From Octopus sinensis (taxonomy: Eukaryota): 64,000 nucleotides of DNA. Every line of letters starts with the position of its first letter. Within the stretch, counting starts at the first letter, position 1. Where the stretch lies: contig NC_043000.1 in assembly GCF_006345805.1 (NCBI RefSeq), positions 147,622,001-147,686,000 of the forward strand, in the 5' to 3' direction. The notes beneath the pieces were generated by a model. The model saw only the letters and a list, made by a program, of their open reading frames with translations, had not been told where the DNA came from and made no database searches. This document shows, in pieces, positions 1-14,597 of the stretch. The position numbers and the translations under genes are program-made.

Positions 1-1019
1 ATAAAATATTGATTGATTGTTATGCTTCATGGATATGATGTTCAGTGTCATGTTTATGTACCCTTTTTTTCTCTCTTTTTTTTTTTTTTAATAATAAAAA
101 AAATACTACTGTCTCATGTAGTAACTCCACATTTGGTTTGATTTCAGCTTAATAGCCAGCTAATTCCCACTAACAATGAAATTGTTCTGTATTAACCATC
201 ATCATCTCTCTTTACTATTTTTCTGTTCATTCATTGCTGCAACCCAATGGTAATTCCCTGCTTGGTAGATCATTTCATAAAACTAACAATTTTTCATTAT
301 TTTATCTGTTTTTTCATGAAAATAATTCAAATGCCAAACAAAAAAAAAATTAATAAAATGGAATAAAATTATAAAAAAACGCAAATGGAATGATTAAATT
401 CTATTGAAATAATGTCGACATTGCAGGATATTTCTTAGATTATTCCACATTTTATTTATATATATCATTTTATCATTATTCTCATTCTAGTATGTTTTTG
501 CATTTTTTGTGAAAGCAAAAAATTTCAAAACAAAATAAGCTCAACTTAAATTATAATCAAATGGTTTACAACTGTATAGTGTGGGAAATGTTAATCTTTT
601 ATGTAGAATATCAAGACATAAGTGTGGTGATGTTCATCTACTTCAAAGATAGATTATCATTTTCAGTTGTATTATAATCAGTCAATAGGAAGATAATGAA
701 TCAACTGGAAATTGTTTTTGATAAAGGGTGCCTCCCTCTTTTAGTACCACAAAAGCAATCTAACATCAAGAAGTTGAATTTAGAATTGAATGCCAAATTT
801 AGGTACATCAACAATATGTTAGTTGCCGAACAACAAAGGCTGTTTCAGTTGGTTATAGCTAATCAATGATTCCCAGTTTAGATGTCATGAGGCAAACTCC
901 AGTGTTTGAAATAGGATTATATTTTAATTGTTCACCAGTAAAATGAAATTTGTGGTCATTTCAATGTCATTTTAATTACTTTTTCTTTATACATCAGTTA
1001 TCTCATTTTGTTTTCATAG

Positions 1020-1260
1020 GGGAGGGGGCGCAGGACATTGGCAAATTTTTTCTTATCTGCTTCCCCTCTGGCTAAATACACCTGCCTCCTAGCTTCCCTT
1101 CTGGCAGTCTGATACACTTCCCTGCTACCACCGTTCTTCCAGTCCTTCCAAGCCTGTTTCTTTTGTCTAATAACCCTGATGCAGCCTTCCGGCTTCACAG
1201 ACCCCAGTTGAACCATCCAACCCATGCTAGCATGGAGACCGGACGCTAAATGATGATGAT
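1020..1260. mobile_element. RTE-like LINE fragment (- strand) joined to SINE-B 3' tail (+ strand)
   Basis: Minus translation KQAWKDWKNGGSREVYQTARREARRQVYLAR resembles the RTE EN-RT linker. 1178-1260 matches the SINE-B end with (GAT)n. Confidence 0.6.
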
Positions 1261-2222
1261 TGGCTTGAATTGGGTGGTTTTTAAAAGTTCATGATACTTG
1301 TATGAGTGGTTGGATTATTTTCTACCAGACTAACTCCTTAAGCTCTACTGTCATCAAAGTGTTTGAGTTAGACAGTAATTAAACATCTTAGGTAACTATG
1401 TGCCATATGTCATCAAAATTATTGAAACACAGTTTCTGATAATATTTCATGAGTGAAATAGAAAATGGATATTCACAGGGGAAATAGTGTTTCCTTTGTG
1501 GTTAGTGATAGCCACATAATCAGATTAGAGATTCAACTGTCAAGACAGTTTTAAAGTTGACCTGTTAATAGAATATGTGTCAAGAGAAATAGCTATTGAA
1601 TTAAAAAAATAAGGCCTTTATAGATTTTCTTCATATAAATATTTTTTTGATTGATATTACATTTTGATGTCAGATGTCAAATATTGAATTCTCTGTACAA
1701 GTTTATATTGGAAAAAAGATCCAGTAAGGGATCCTACAAGAAATAACAACAAAATCTCCTTCAAAATCACACCCTACTTACTGTCTTGAGTAAAGGAAAG
1801 AATACATTGGACTATGCAGTACTACATACTCCTAAAAAACAGAATAGCCATTGATAACTGGAATGCATTTGGTGATTGGGCTTTTCAATCATTTTAAATT
1901 GGCCAAACACAACAATGTAGAAAAGCATAAACCAAAATATTATTGACATTTTCTTAGCATCATGTGAATGAGTGAAACAGATTGCTTGTTAGAGTAATGA
2001 ATTTTACTACTGGATACTCTTCTTAACTCTAGCCACTTGACCCTGAAGTAAGAGTGAACACTTTGTTCAGTTAAACAAACTGGAGCATGTAGAAGTATAT
2101 TCTGTTACACAGTATAAATAAGAGATCTCTATCAGTTCCATAATAAGTGTTCAGTTTGATTAATTGAACAATCAGCTTGTTGAATTATTTGCAAGTGGCT
2201 GAATATGTCACAGTTACATGTA

Positions 2223-2414
2223 CCCTCTCTCTCTTTCGGAGAGGCACTGAGCAGCTATACGCACACATACACACACGGCAGTAACTTCCACCTACCGAAT
2301 TCAATCACAAAGCTTTGGTCGACTCGGGGCTATAGTGGAAGACACCTACACAAAGTGCCACGCAGTGGGACTGAACCCGAAACCATGTAGCTAGGAAGCA
2401 AGCTCCCTAACCAC
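2223..2414 (-). mobile_element. Short tRNA-headed SINE subfamily with (GA)n tail, 5'-truncated
   Basis: B-box GGTTCAGTCCC on the minus strand, near-identical to 5185-5388, flanked by accct direct repeat. Confidence 0.85.
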
Positions 2415-4319
2415 CCTTAATGTAATTCTTAGGCAGAGTCAGCATGACACAGTGTGCAACAAGTGGAATTACTGAAATAAAACACCATTAATAAATTAAT
2501 GATTTACTGAAATAATTGTCAGAAATGCATTATATATGCACATCCATCTCTCCAGGTTACTTGAACCCTAATAACAGTGAGTGTTTAAGCAGTATAATTG
2601 TGGACAGTTAATAACAGTACTCTTGCTAATGAAACCCCAATAGACCTCTCTATTTCAGACTACAAAGATATTGTGTATACACATAAGAAGTTTACATCTT
2701 CCTGTATACAGAGTTTGCTTAAAAAAACCAAGAGGTATATTCTGTGTGTATTAACTGGAAAGATAGTAAATAAATGTTCTGATACTTAACCATTGAGAAA
2801 ACTAAAGGAAACCTTTAAGTGAAATGAATGCTACATTTGTATAGCAAGTGTGTTTTCTCACTATAAAGACTGGAAAACTATGAGTAGAGCTGGAGCTATA
2901 CATAAACTATAGTATATAACATATCTCTATAGCAAAATTGGTGGTAATTATATATTTTTGTACAGTATCACTTGAAGAAAAAAGTTACTCTCAGAGCTGT
3001 ATTAATACAGTACAGACCTACAGGTTGAAGAGTTGAAGTGTCGAAAAATTTTCATCCTGGTCTTTTGAAATAAGCATCGGAAAAAAAGTTCAGTGTATCA
3101 CCTTTCTATACACCATCCAGATTACCTAATAAATGTTGTAACTTGAAAGATTCAGGATGGAAGAAGAATATGTATCCCCTTTTACACTGATCGACGATAC
3201 ATTTTTGAATAAGCAACAATATATTTATTACATATCGCTATTTGTTCAAATTGTTCTTACATAATATACTAGTCTTTACATAGTCTAAATTAACTAGTCA
3301 TTGTACACTTATGATGTGTCCACATGTCAAAAGCTACAGCAACAACAATTTTTGACTTTGAAACTGTGATGTGACTGTATTCCACAGAAGCTCAAAAAAA
3401 TATATATAATTATATAAAGACAAGTCCTGCATCATAAATGTTTTGATAACATATCCTTGTCCTTTAGCTATTATTGGTATTAAGAAGGGCATCCAGCCAT
3501 AGAAACCATACCCCAAAAATGGACCATGTGTACAAGTTCTGTTCCTCTAACTCATCTAGGAGAACACTAAGTCTAAATAAGAACTTGAGCTGTGATGACT
3601 TATGGAACCCATTTTGCTACAAAAGCAGAAATAAAAGATGATGTTGATTGTCTTACAGCAATCCCTGGACACCAGTAGGTCATGAAGATGCTGCCTGATG
3701 TTCATCTCCAACTTACACGCATCCCATTGTTATTCATTTTTTTCTTTCTTTCTTTCTTTCTTTCTTTATTTTGCAGCATGGTATGATATAATTAATTGAA
3801 ATAAAAAATAAATATTTTTGATCTTTTTAGACCTTTATAGACCCTTCTAGTTAAAAATGCACTTATGTCAATGATATTACTCCTGTACCCCTGCTGTTTA
3901 GAACTGTATCTATGCTTAGTAAACGTTTTTGGTGCAGATATGTGAATGGCTATTATAAGTAAAGCCGCATGCTTTTAGTGCTAGGATAAGGAAAAAAATA
4001 TATTGACTCTTTGGCTAGTAGCATATCGATGAACCCAATTGTTAATCTCTCCTACCATTCAATAAAATGTGTTTACCTCTTTTCTGGAAAGCATGTGAGG
4101 AGGATTCAGCATATTTCATGACAATATACACTGACTTTTACTGGTAAGTGGGAAGAACTGTTGTTGAACCAACAAACAAGCAATGGAACATTATATGTAT
4201 ACTGCACAAAGAAAGAATGGAATGAGTGTGACATGAAGAAATGTTGAGAGATACTGTTGAATGTATTCAATATTCCCATTGGTGCATGTTAAATACATTT
4301 GAACCTGTTTTAAGTTAAC

Positions 4320-4600
4320 TTAGTTAGTTAGTTAGTTAGTTAGTTAATTTTTTGGCTCAAAAAGCAAAAAGCAAGGCCATGTAGGGGGATATGGAGTTAT
4401 GTACAGGATGGTGTTCATGTAAAGAGTTCAGGCCACTTGTGGTCAAGGGAGACTTTGAACCAAGCGGTCATCGGCATCTTCACCATCTCGTCCAGCAGCT
4501 TATTCCACGGATCCGCAACCCGGACGGAGAAAGCCCCTCTCCTTCGATTGAGATGAAATCGTCGCAGATAGAGCTTTTTGGAATGACCCCGCAGCCGACT
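4320..4600 (-). mobile_element. CR1/L2-clade LINE 3' end with (TAAC)n tail
   Basis: Minus translation RLRGHSKKLYLRRFHLNRRRGAFSVRVADPWNKL is the typical CR1-group ORF2 C-terminus. Tandem TTAG on + at 4320-4346. Confidence 0.85.
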
Positions 4601-5184
4601 TTAAATACAGCTGTTTATATTTTGATGAAGATTGCTTGGTAATCTGGGACAATAACAATAGATAGTTGTAACATGCTTAATCTGCAGTACAATATTTAAT
4701 ACTTTGTTGATAACTGCTTAACCAATGAATAAAGTGTGACGGTGGCCATGGCTACTTTATTTCAACTGTCACTCAACTCTAAATTAGAAAAGTTTTATAT
4801 GTTGAGTTCACTTCATATTTTCAAATTTACCCTTGGTTCTTCTGCATTAATTATTCCTGATTAAGCTAAGATTTAAGATTTTGCATTTAGTTGAATCTCC
4901 TTTAAAATTTTATCTTAACACCTTTTCTTTTATCTTTTACTTGTTTCAGTCATTGGACTGCAGCCATGCTGGGGCACCACATTGAAGGGTTTTAGTTGAA
5001 CAAATCAACCCCCATAGTTATTTTATCATTCACATAATCTTCAATTTTTATTTGTGTGACATTCTTTAAAAGTGTAGTTCATAATTCTTAGTTAAGAGTT
5101 CTTTTGAAATAAATCAGTTACGGTTCAAGAAAAGTTTCGGTTCATATTTAGTAGAAGCAAATGGTAGAACCAAGTAAAGCATTT

Positions 5185-5388
5185 CCCTCTCTCTCTTTCG
5201 GAGAGGCACTGAGCAGCTATACGCACACATACACACACGGCAGTAACTTCCACCTACCGAATTCAATCACAAAGCTTCGGTCGGCTCGGGGCTATAGTGG
5301 AAGACACTTACCCAAAGTGCCACGCAGTGGGACTGAACCCGAAACCATGTAGCTGGGAAGCAAGCTCCCTAACCACACAGCCATGCCC
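5185..5388 (-). mobile_element. Short tRNA-headed SINE subfamily with (GA)n tail
   Basis: A-box TGGCTGTGTGG and B-box on the minus strand, near-identical to 2223-2414. Confidence 0.85.
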
Positions 5389-8300
5389 TACATTATGGCC
5401 TGATCGAAAAGGCCTGTCATTAAAGATGATCCAGTCATGACCACCTTATCTCTTTGTGCATCTATTAATGCATTGTCCAATGTATCCTCTTTTTTGAAGG
5501 TGGTAGGTTGTGATTTGAGAGGGATTTGGCTGCTATTACTCTCAACTTGAGCAACCATTTGGAGACTCTTTCATTGACAGAATGATGGTTAAGTTTGAGA
5601 GTTATAACCAATTGATTTGTGGAAACACGTAATCAAATGTCTCACAGCTATTATCAATTCTATGTAAGTAAACCTATGGGGCCTGGGTAGGTTGATTCTG
5701 CATTAACTGAAAAACTTATATCTACTCTAAGCTACTAAATTTCCTTGGGAGAAACAGACTTACATTAAATGTATTGAAGATAGTCATAAAAAAAATTTAA
5801 TATATTAGCTATAATAATTTTTCTAATAGATAAACTTACATAGGTTGTTCAGTATACAGAAATAGATATATGAATTCTATAACTTCTACAGTATAGATAC
5901 ACAGAAATTGTCTCTGCTTCAATGGGAAATTAGCACCCTGTTGCCTCAACCACTGAAAGTATACCAATTCAAAAGTGTACTTAACAAATGTGAACATTGT
6001 ACTGTATAGTATTGAATTTCTGAAGCTAGATATGATTGTAATTTTGTAGACGGAGTAATTTTAGTGCTTCTGTGTATATTAGTCTATATGATGTTCCCCT
6101 ACATATGAAATAAACATTTCTTTTGATGTGTTATTATATACAGGAATCACGAAACTCAAAAACTATTGTTCAATATATCGACAACATATATTGTCATCAG
6201 TATTTTGCTTCTGTTTTTTATATATGCATGGGTTGGACAGTTCTTCTCTAGTACACCATCTTGCCAGTTGTTGCAGTTTCATATATTCTCCTCCATGAGA
6301 TTCAACCTCCTAAAATCAGTTTTCACCAAATTTTCCCATGTTTTCCTCTTCCACTTTAATCACTTTCACTTAGCACTCTTTTACTCATTGTCACTCTCCA
6401 CACACATCACACATCTGTACCGATGCAATTTTCTCTCTCACTACAGATGATTCCTCTTAAACCAAATTTCTTTTTCAATTCACTTGTTTTCTATTTTTCA
6501 TGTACACTAACATGACACATTCCAGTGAAGTGTGCTTGCCTCATTTTTTCCTTATGTTATAGTTTTATAGGTGGTGTGCTTAAATTGTTTTAGGTGTGTG
6601 TTTTGGTGATTTTATTGGATAATAATTTAGCATGTGTGAACTTTGGCTCTTATATTTGTTTTTGTTTTATTTGAAACACATGGTTGATTGAAAGGTTTCC
6701 TTTGGTTGTTTAGGATGTTTTAGAAAGAATTAATTGGTTTAGAGTCATACTCTTACATACTTTTAACTAACTGATATTGACTTCAATGTTTCCATCTTAA
6801 ATAGAAATTATCATGTATTGCAGATTATGCATAAAATTTTGGCACCTGTTTCGCAATTTTAAAATTGACAGTACTTAACAGTCAGCAGTGTATGGTATTC
6901 CTCTATGCACCAATGTTCAGGTTATGCAAGCATATTCAATTTCATGATCCCTTAATTTCCAAACAAATTGTGTTGAAATAAAGAATTTTTTCTGTTCTTC
7001 AACCCCAGTAAGTCTATATGTTGGTTGTATCATGTCTTAAATGTGTTTGTAGTGATTTTCTTGTAATTCCTCTTGGCGCCATATATGGGTATTATGCTTT
7101 CTCTCTCTCCCCACATATATATCATAACCTTAGGCACAGTCTTCTCAAGTGAATAATCTAAACATATGTACTTACTTGCTGAATGTTAAGATTGGGTTGG
7201 CTGGATGTGTATCTTGCATTTCTGGTATGAGATCCAGGAATTCATACTGTCCAGACAAGTCTAGCTCACTTTTACATTGTTGTTAATGAGTTTGTAGTAT
7301 TTATCTATAGTTGAGAAATGTCTTTTGAATTGAAACAGAAAGTTCTTTGTTGATGATCATATTCATGGCAAAGGTGGATTGAACTCAAATTATTTTCCTC
7401 TTCCTGCTTCTGCTCTTGTGTAGTCAGTGTTCTTTGTATAACAGTTTCTTGCTAAAGCCATTTCATCAGTAAAATACATACACACGTGATTGCTCAAGAA
7501 ATGAATTATACATATATATGTAATTCTACACTTGAGAATTATTCTATTTCCGGTTTTGACTGTGGTGTTTTCTAATAAATTTATTTAATTTTGCACAAGT
7601 AAATAAAGTGCGTGTGTACGTGCATGCATGTGTGAGATGATAAAGAAGCCATAAACATTCATGTTAATTAATTTAGATACAAATTAAACTCAAATATATT
7701 TTAAATAAATAACTTTAAAACTGAAAATGTTGGATGCTTCGGATGAGTGTTTCTGTGCCAAGTAAATGTTTTTAGAAGGTTGTAATTTCTTCCTCATGAA
7801 GTAAGAGTGGTTAAGAAGTTCATTTTGTGATCAGGAAGTCCTAGATTCAATCCTGCTGCATGGTATTCTGGGTGTCTTTGGCCTTTCATTGATCCAGGCA
7901 TTGTGAGTGAAACTGCATCGGCGGAAACTTTCTGGAGGCCTACCAGATGGTTTGTACTGTACCTGTGATTTAAAGGCTCAACATATCACATTGATTCAGC
8001 CTTAGATTTACATGTAGAGCAACGTGCCTCTAGAATACTGAACCATTTGCTTATTAAATTTAATGATTAGGCTGTTTGTTAACTGAGCATGAGTATGCTC
8101 TTTGTTGAAATCATTAGAGCATCTGTCATCAAATAAGAATTATATTAGGTTCTGTGTGAACAGGGAAGTTAATGGAAAATCCTATTGAAATTAATTTCAG
8201 AAAAATATAGCATAAGCAGTTCCTTACAATAAAGAATGTTAATGATTGTTATACCTGAAAAACATTTTGCATATCCTTCCATTAAAAAGAGATTAAAACA

Positions 8301-8793
8301 AAAGATAATGAGAAACGTCAAACGTTTTGAGAAATTTAAAAATAATAGCCTTTATTTCAAACAGCAAATTGTAAGCTATTGTTAATTATTTTTTGTTTGG
8401 GGGTGGAGAGAAATCAAAATGAATAATGAAACTTGCTTTCATCTGCAACAGAACTATTCATAATAAAGTTGCCTGAAAATGTCCTTTATATTGATGTTGA
8501 TCTACCAATCAAAGATTTGTGTTGTTGTTTCTGAGATGATGACCTTTTTTCTTTTTAATTAACTGCACCTGGCTGAGTAGGAGTAAAGTACATAGGTGAA
8601 AGTAATAATTTGCAGCAAGCAAGAAAACTAAAAGCAAATGCATTAATAGAAAAGATAAACCAAAAATTCCACATTTATTATTGCACATAACAAAACCTAT
8701 ATGAAGTGTGTTGGTGTAATACTAAATTTACTGTAGAGTATTTCATAACTTTATTAAATCTCAGAACGAGATGTAAACAGTAATCGCTCGACA

Positions 8794-9277
8794 ATGTAAA
8801 GTATCATAGCCATCTCAATATGGCTAACCACAAAGAGGGGTGCTACTGTAGCTTTTTAGCCCCAGGAGATCATCGTCTCCAGCTGGCTTTAGACACAATA
8901 CCTTATCATCATCATTGTTCGACCGTGGTCGAGACAATGGAATTTACCATGCTACGCCAGACTTCACGGTCCATCATGGCATTACGGAGGTCCTGTTGCT
9001 GGATGCCTGTATCCCTGGAGATTACATCAGGGTAGGAGAGTGTGCGCCCCCTGGTATTGCGAGTAGATGGCTTCCAGAGGAGAAGAGTAGAAATTACTTC
9101 TTTTTCAGCTCTACAACAATGTCCAGCAAACTGGACTCTCCTACCTTTCACAATACCTTATGGGCACAGAAATTGTGTCTAAAGCCAGCTGGAGACGATG
9201 ATCTCCTGGGGCTAAAAAGCTACAGTAACACCCACCTTTGTGGTTAGCCATATTGAGATGGCTATGATACTTTACAT
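8794..9277. mobile_element. Foldback element with 106-bp inverted arms (8794-8899 / 9172-9277), interrupted by an RTE fragment
   Basis: Arms are near-perfect reverse complements. 12-bp direct repeat tatttcataact at 8739-8750 and 9277-9288. Confidence 0.85.
8907..9148 (-). mobile_element. RTE LINE 3' end, 5'-truncated
   Basis: ORF 8912-9151(-) VQFAGHCCRAEKE...DREVWRSMV, (ATG)n tail, flanking repeat cacaataccttat (8894-8906 / 9149-9161). Nearly identical to 32063-32300. Confidence 0.9.
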
Positions 9278-10095
9278 ATTTCATAACTGTTGGAGAGAAA
9301 TGTTCTCTGACAGATTCAGTGGGGGACATGAATGGTGATAAAGTTGCTAACAAATTTCATAGAACTGCAACATTACTGAAATCTAAAATATTTGCAGTAT
9401 GTAACATCACAGTTATGGTATTCACACCTCTGTTGATAATGGTCCAACAATATTTATATTTTGTTTTCAGTTTTTGGCTTAGAAAAAACTGTCACAGTTC
9501 ATCTATAATTTACTTCTAAGCTGACTCCTTTCTTCTGGAATACTTCATAGAAGCTGGCTGTTGCCTCCCCTTCTCTCTCTCTCCCCCCTCCCTTTCTCTC
9601 ATAGGAGTTGAATCAAGCAACATGGCTTTGCCCCTTTCATCCCATATTATTTACCCATTTCTGTTTCACAGGATCATCTCTTCCCTCATCTCAGATTTTT
9701 GCTAACTTCTTTATTCCAGTGTCAAATGAACACACGCATAGAACCTCCGTCTACATGCATGCATCACCCACAGGTTTATATGTTTACATGTTTACAAAAT
9801 AAAATCCAAATGACCTAAAAGTGTGATACTATCATTCCTGTTTTGTTCTTTACCATTTCTTATGGAAAACCGTCAGCGCAATATTTTTAGTATTTTCTTT
9901 CCAGTTTCCAATAAGACAGTATTTACATTTCTTTTCTTAAATGTTCGAGTCTTCTTATACGTTGTCCATTACTTCTCCCTGTGCCACAGTTTTACGTGTT
10001 GCCCTTTTCACTTAGATTTTATTCCTACAACATTCGGATTACTCTATCAAATATATTGCATATTTATTCACATTGTTTTGAATTTATCACACATA

Positions 10096-10470
10096 GGGGT
10101 GGCTGTGTGGTAAGTAGCTTGTTTACCAACCACATGGTTCCGGGTTCAGTCCCACTGCGTGGCACCTTGGGCAAGTGTCTTCTACTATAGCCTCGGGCCG
10201 ATCAAAGCCTTGTGAGTGGATTTGGTAGACGGAAACTGAAAGAAGCCCGTCGTATATATGTATATATATATGTGTGTTTGTGTTTGTCCCCCTAGCATTG
10301 CTTGACAACCGATGCTGGTGTATTTATGTCCCCGTTACTTAGCGGTTCGGCAAAAGAGATCGATAGAATAAGTACTGGGCTTACAAAAAATAAGTCCCGG
10401 GGTCGAGTTGCTCGATTAAAGGCGGTGCTTCAGCATGGCTGCAGTCAAATGACTGAAACAAGTAAAAGAG
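10096..10470 (+). mobile_element. SINE family A (tRNA-like head, CORE-like CCTTGGGCAAGT, internal (TA)n(TG)n, AGTAAAAG tail)
   Basis: A/B boxes present; about seven near-identical copies in the window. Confidence 0.9.
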
Positions 10471-13400
10471 TAATCTTGCAGCTTTGAGATTTCAGTGATG
10501 TGATTGTTTATTTTTAGAATGAAATTGTGAGAGGCTGGATATGGCCGATATATTTTCACAGGAACATATTTTAGATTTTTAGACATTCAACAGAATATAA
10601 TGGAATACACTCAACAGAATTATATTGCAATACATTACCGATTAACCTTATTTAGTTTCATTATTACCTGTATCATCAGATTTTGAGGTGTTTGAACCTT
10701 CCTACCTGATGGTCATGAATTCAACACTTACTGCTTCTATTGTCCTTGCCTTTAATTCAAAGCTTTTTACTGTGCTTTCTTCAATCTGTTCATCTGCCAA
10801 CAGATGCCATTTTACTACAAGGCCGATTGATTAGCAATGGGAATGGCACATATCTGTAGTAGATATTCAGATGAACAAATATGCAAAAAGTATTCTCATG
10901 TGCTTTCATGAAAAGTACAAATAAAGCAGCAGAAAGAAAATTATCTATAAATATATTTAATGAAATCCATGTTTGTTATGAAAACATCGAGACATGTTGA
11001 AAATGGAAGTCTTTGTAAACTGCTTTAAATTGGTATTGCAATACAGTTGATGGTATACCATAGAACCAGTTGTGGGTTTGGTAGTTTGTGTATTGTCAGT
11101 GATACTTTACTTTGGCCTAAGTTTTTTCTGCTGATTTCTTAGCTAGTTCTTCAAAGAAAATAATAAATGAATAAATTCTTGTAAAATACAAAGTGCTGAG
11201 AACTTTTCATTGTAAAGTGAGAATTTCTCAACAAATTGAATGGTCAGCTTTTAGGAATGTTACGAAACTACATCATAGTCTTTATGCCTCTTCAAAAAAT
11301 TCCGAGTTAAAGTATTAATGTAAGATTATTTTTATGTTTTCATCAAAAAAGCCATAAAATTTTATTTTAACAATAAAATTTAAGTTTATTTTAAAATTAG
11401 AATATCTTATAGCAGCTGTATTCAGTTCTGTAAATTTGTTTTGAAAACAAGTGCATAGTGCCTTTCTAAGATATTTCTAATATAGACATAAGGCCAGAAA
11501 TTTAGGATGAATTAAATCAACCTGAGTACATAACTGGTATTTTTTTCTTTTGATTCTGGAAGAATGGATGCAAAGTTGACCTCAGCAGGATTTGAACTCT
11601 GAATGTTAAGTGACAGAACTAAATAATGCAAGCATTTTGTTTTGGGTTCTACATTTTGATTAAGCTGGAATTGGTTCACCCTGAAAATAAGTTGTTAGGG
11701 AATTGTGGCTAATGTTAATACTAATTAGAAAATGCTAAACCTTATGACTTAATTGTGAATTGCAAATAATTGAAGTAATCCACTGCTATTATTTGAACAC
11801 ATAATTTATGCTTTAGAATAAGTGCAAAAGAATTTACTTTTATTGATTTTATTTGGGTCAATTAAACACATTTAAGAGCAGCATTTTGCATGGCAAGTTA
11901 TACTAATAATTGTTCAATGTATGTGTGTGTGTGTGTGTATAGTACAATGCAGTAATTGAGTTATTAGATTAAAGGATTGCTTGGTTGAATTTCCATTTGC
12001 TTTAAGGACTAAAATCAGGCTAACAAAGACAGGAAAAGAACTCTGATCTTTGTTTAGTTCTGAACTACTTAGCAACATAAATAATAAAAGGAGCAAACAG
12101 AGCCACTAACTAGATTCAAATTAAGCTTTCCATTGTTTATCACCCAGCATGCAATTATAGATACATGTTTGAGTATCATTAGTAGATCTATTGTTTTTTT
12201 TCTATTTAAAATTGGTACTGTAATGTCTAGTATTACTTCAATATTAAAAATGTATATTGGTTAATTTATGATTTATTCAACAACCTTCCTATTTTTGTGC
12301 CACAAAAGTAATCACCATTCTAACGAGACAATGTAATGCGTGTACGAGTGTGTTTAGAAATTTAAATAATTGAACTCAGTTTTGGCAGTTAATGTTTCTA
12401 GTAGCAAATGAACTATGAACAGCATAAGATTAAACAAACTATATTTAGCAAAAGTTTATTGTAGTACATACATAAATAAGTATACAAAAAAATTTTATAC
12501 AAAAGAGTAAATGATATTGTTAATTGCTCTGTCACAAAAATAAAAGCTACATGAATATAGTTGTTTGACCGTCTCTCATATTACATTTGAAGACAGCTTT
12601 TCATGACATCTCTCTCTAAATTCATTAACCTTGATGACTTCAATGCACACAACTCCATCTGGCCCTGCATTCCTTACATATTAACATAGCTAACAACACA
12701 TCAACATTAGGTAATCTCTTTCCTCATCTAAATTCTTATAAATGTTACCTAATCCACTGACACACCTTTTTTTTAATGAATATGATGTAAGGAATACTCT
12801 TCCATTAAATCCACTATCTTTACTAACCTGTTTTCCTTGTACATATTTCCCAATGGGTGTAATCTCTCTGACCTGGTTAATTATTTGCCAATTACAAAAA
12901 CCATCCATCTTAAAAATAATCCTTAGCTAAGTCAGAGTTTCTGACAGCCACCTAGTATAGTTTATAGTGCTACCATTTCTCATTTCTGGGATTTGCAGTT
13001 TGCAGTCAGATTGCCCTGTTACAATTTGTCAACAGCAGTTCTTTGACCAAAATTCTGTATAGTGTATCATAGAGTTTGAGAAGGACCCACCCACCCCCAA
13101 AAAATCCTACAAGCTGTTACATTCAGTCAACATCTTTATCTGCTTCAGCAGTAGTAAAACAGTTAATACACATGCCAAGAAAATATACAACTTTGTGTTC
13201 TCTTTTTTTTTTCTGATTATGAATAAATCATGACTACAACATTTGGGAACTCATAATCTGCGACCATTTAATTATAACGTAAAACCATGTATTTATAGCA
13301 TATCTTAAAAGACTGTCTGTTCAGGATTAGAAGTTACTTCAACTTTGAACAGCTGTTGATCTTATATCACACACTGTGTCTCACACTGCAGTGGTGCTTA

Positions 13401-13859
13401 CATATCTGCTACACACAATCATTCTACATCATATTCCAAAAGTTTTTCGACTGATTGACAAAACTTCATTCATTAGCATACTACAACCAGTGGTACAATG
13501 ACAACGTTGTATCCTTTCTCTTGCTATTTTATCATTGCTAAAATTATTCTTGCTTCTTTGAACCAACAAGCTTTGTATGACTACCACTAACCCATCCTGC
13601 TGAACTTGCAAGCTTTGTGTTACTACCAAGCAATCCCACCTGCTTTTCTATCTCACCCCATAAACTCTGCACTATATGTTTTGCCTGAACCTTTATGACC
13701 AGCACTGCAACTCTCTGAAACACTTTGCCTTTCCTGTGTGTATGTGTATATATATATGTATATATATAGTCATAAGCATGCATACACAAAAGGTTTCTAA
13801 AAGCAATTGATAGCTTCTGTTACCTAGCTAATCTACTTAGTTGTGTAGCTGGGTATTTT

Positions 13860-14300
13860 AATGGTTGGAAAAAGTTGAAGGAAATGTTACCTCTGCTGAA
13901 AATAAATGGATTCTCTCTCCAAGTGAAGGGTAAATTGCATGATGCTTGTGTACAAAGCACAATGTTGCATGATGGTAAAACATGAATGTTGAATGTGAGA
14001 ATATGCCAAGCTTGGAAATAAATGAGGTGAGCTTGCTCTGCTACATGTATAAATGTTAAGTGTGCATGAATGGAGTACAAATGAACTAATAGAACAACTG
14101 AGTTTAAAAGGAATCAGATTTAGAATGAAAGAGAGATTACATTGTTATGGATATGTAATATGTATAGTGGATGATGGCTGGCTTAAGAAGTGCTGATGAT
14201 CCAAGTAAGTAGAAAGAACCTGCTGAAGAGGAAGACATGGAAAGGAGTGGTGAAAGCTAATCTCAAATGGCCGAATCTCGAAAAGAAAATGATAAAGGAC
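13860..14300 (+). mobile_element. Degenerate RTE-like LINE ORF2 remnant
   Basis: WKKLKEMLPLLKINGFSLQVKGKLHDACVQSTMLH resembles the RTE post-RT region, with stops. Boundaries approximate. Confidence 0.6.
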
Positions 14301-14597
14301 ACTACAACAATAGTTATGACTGAAACCAGAAATGATTTAGGAGGATAAGTTATGTTGGTCATTTACTGTCCTTGACTGCAAAGTAATTTGCTTGAAATTA
14401 ATATCTAATATGTAAAGAAAATCTGCTGATATGGAATTACAAAATTCAATATAATAGCATCTAATTCACCAGACAGCAAAAACACACATGGAGTCACCAT
14501 AGGTGGGTACTAAAATAGGTGTCAGCTTGCTGGAGCAAGGGACATAACCTGTCTTGAATGAAAACGCTGTTCAAGATACCCATGTTGTGCTAAATAA

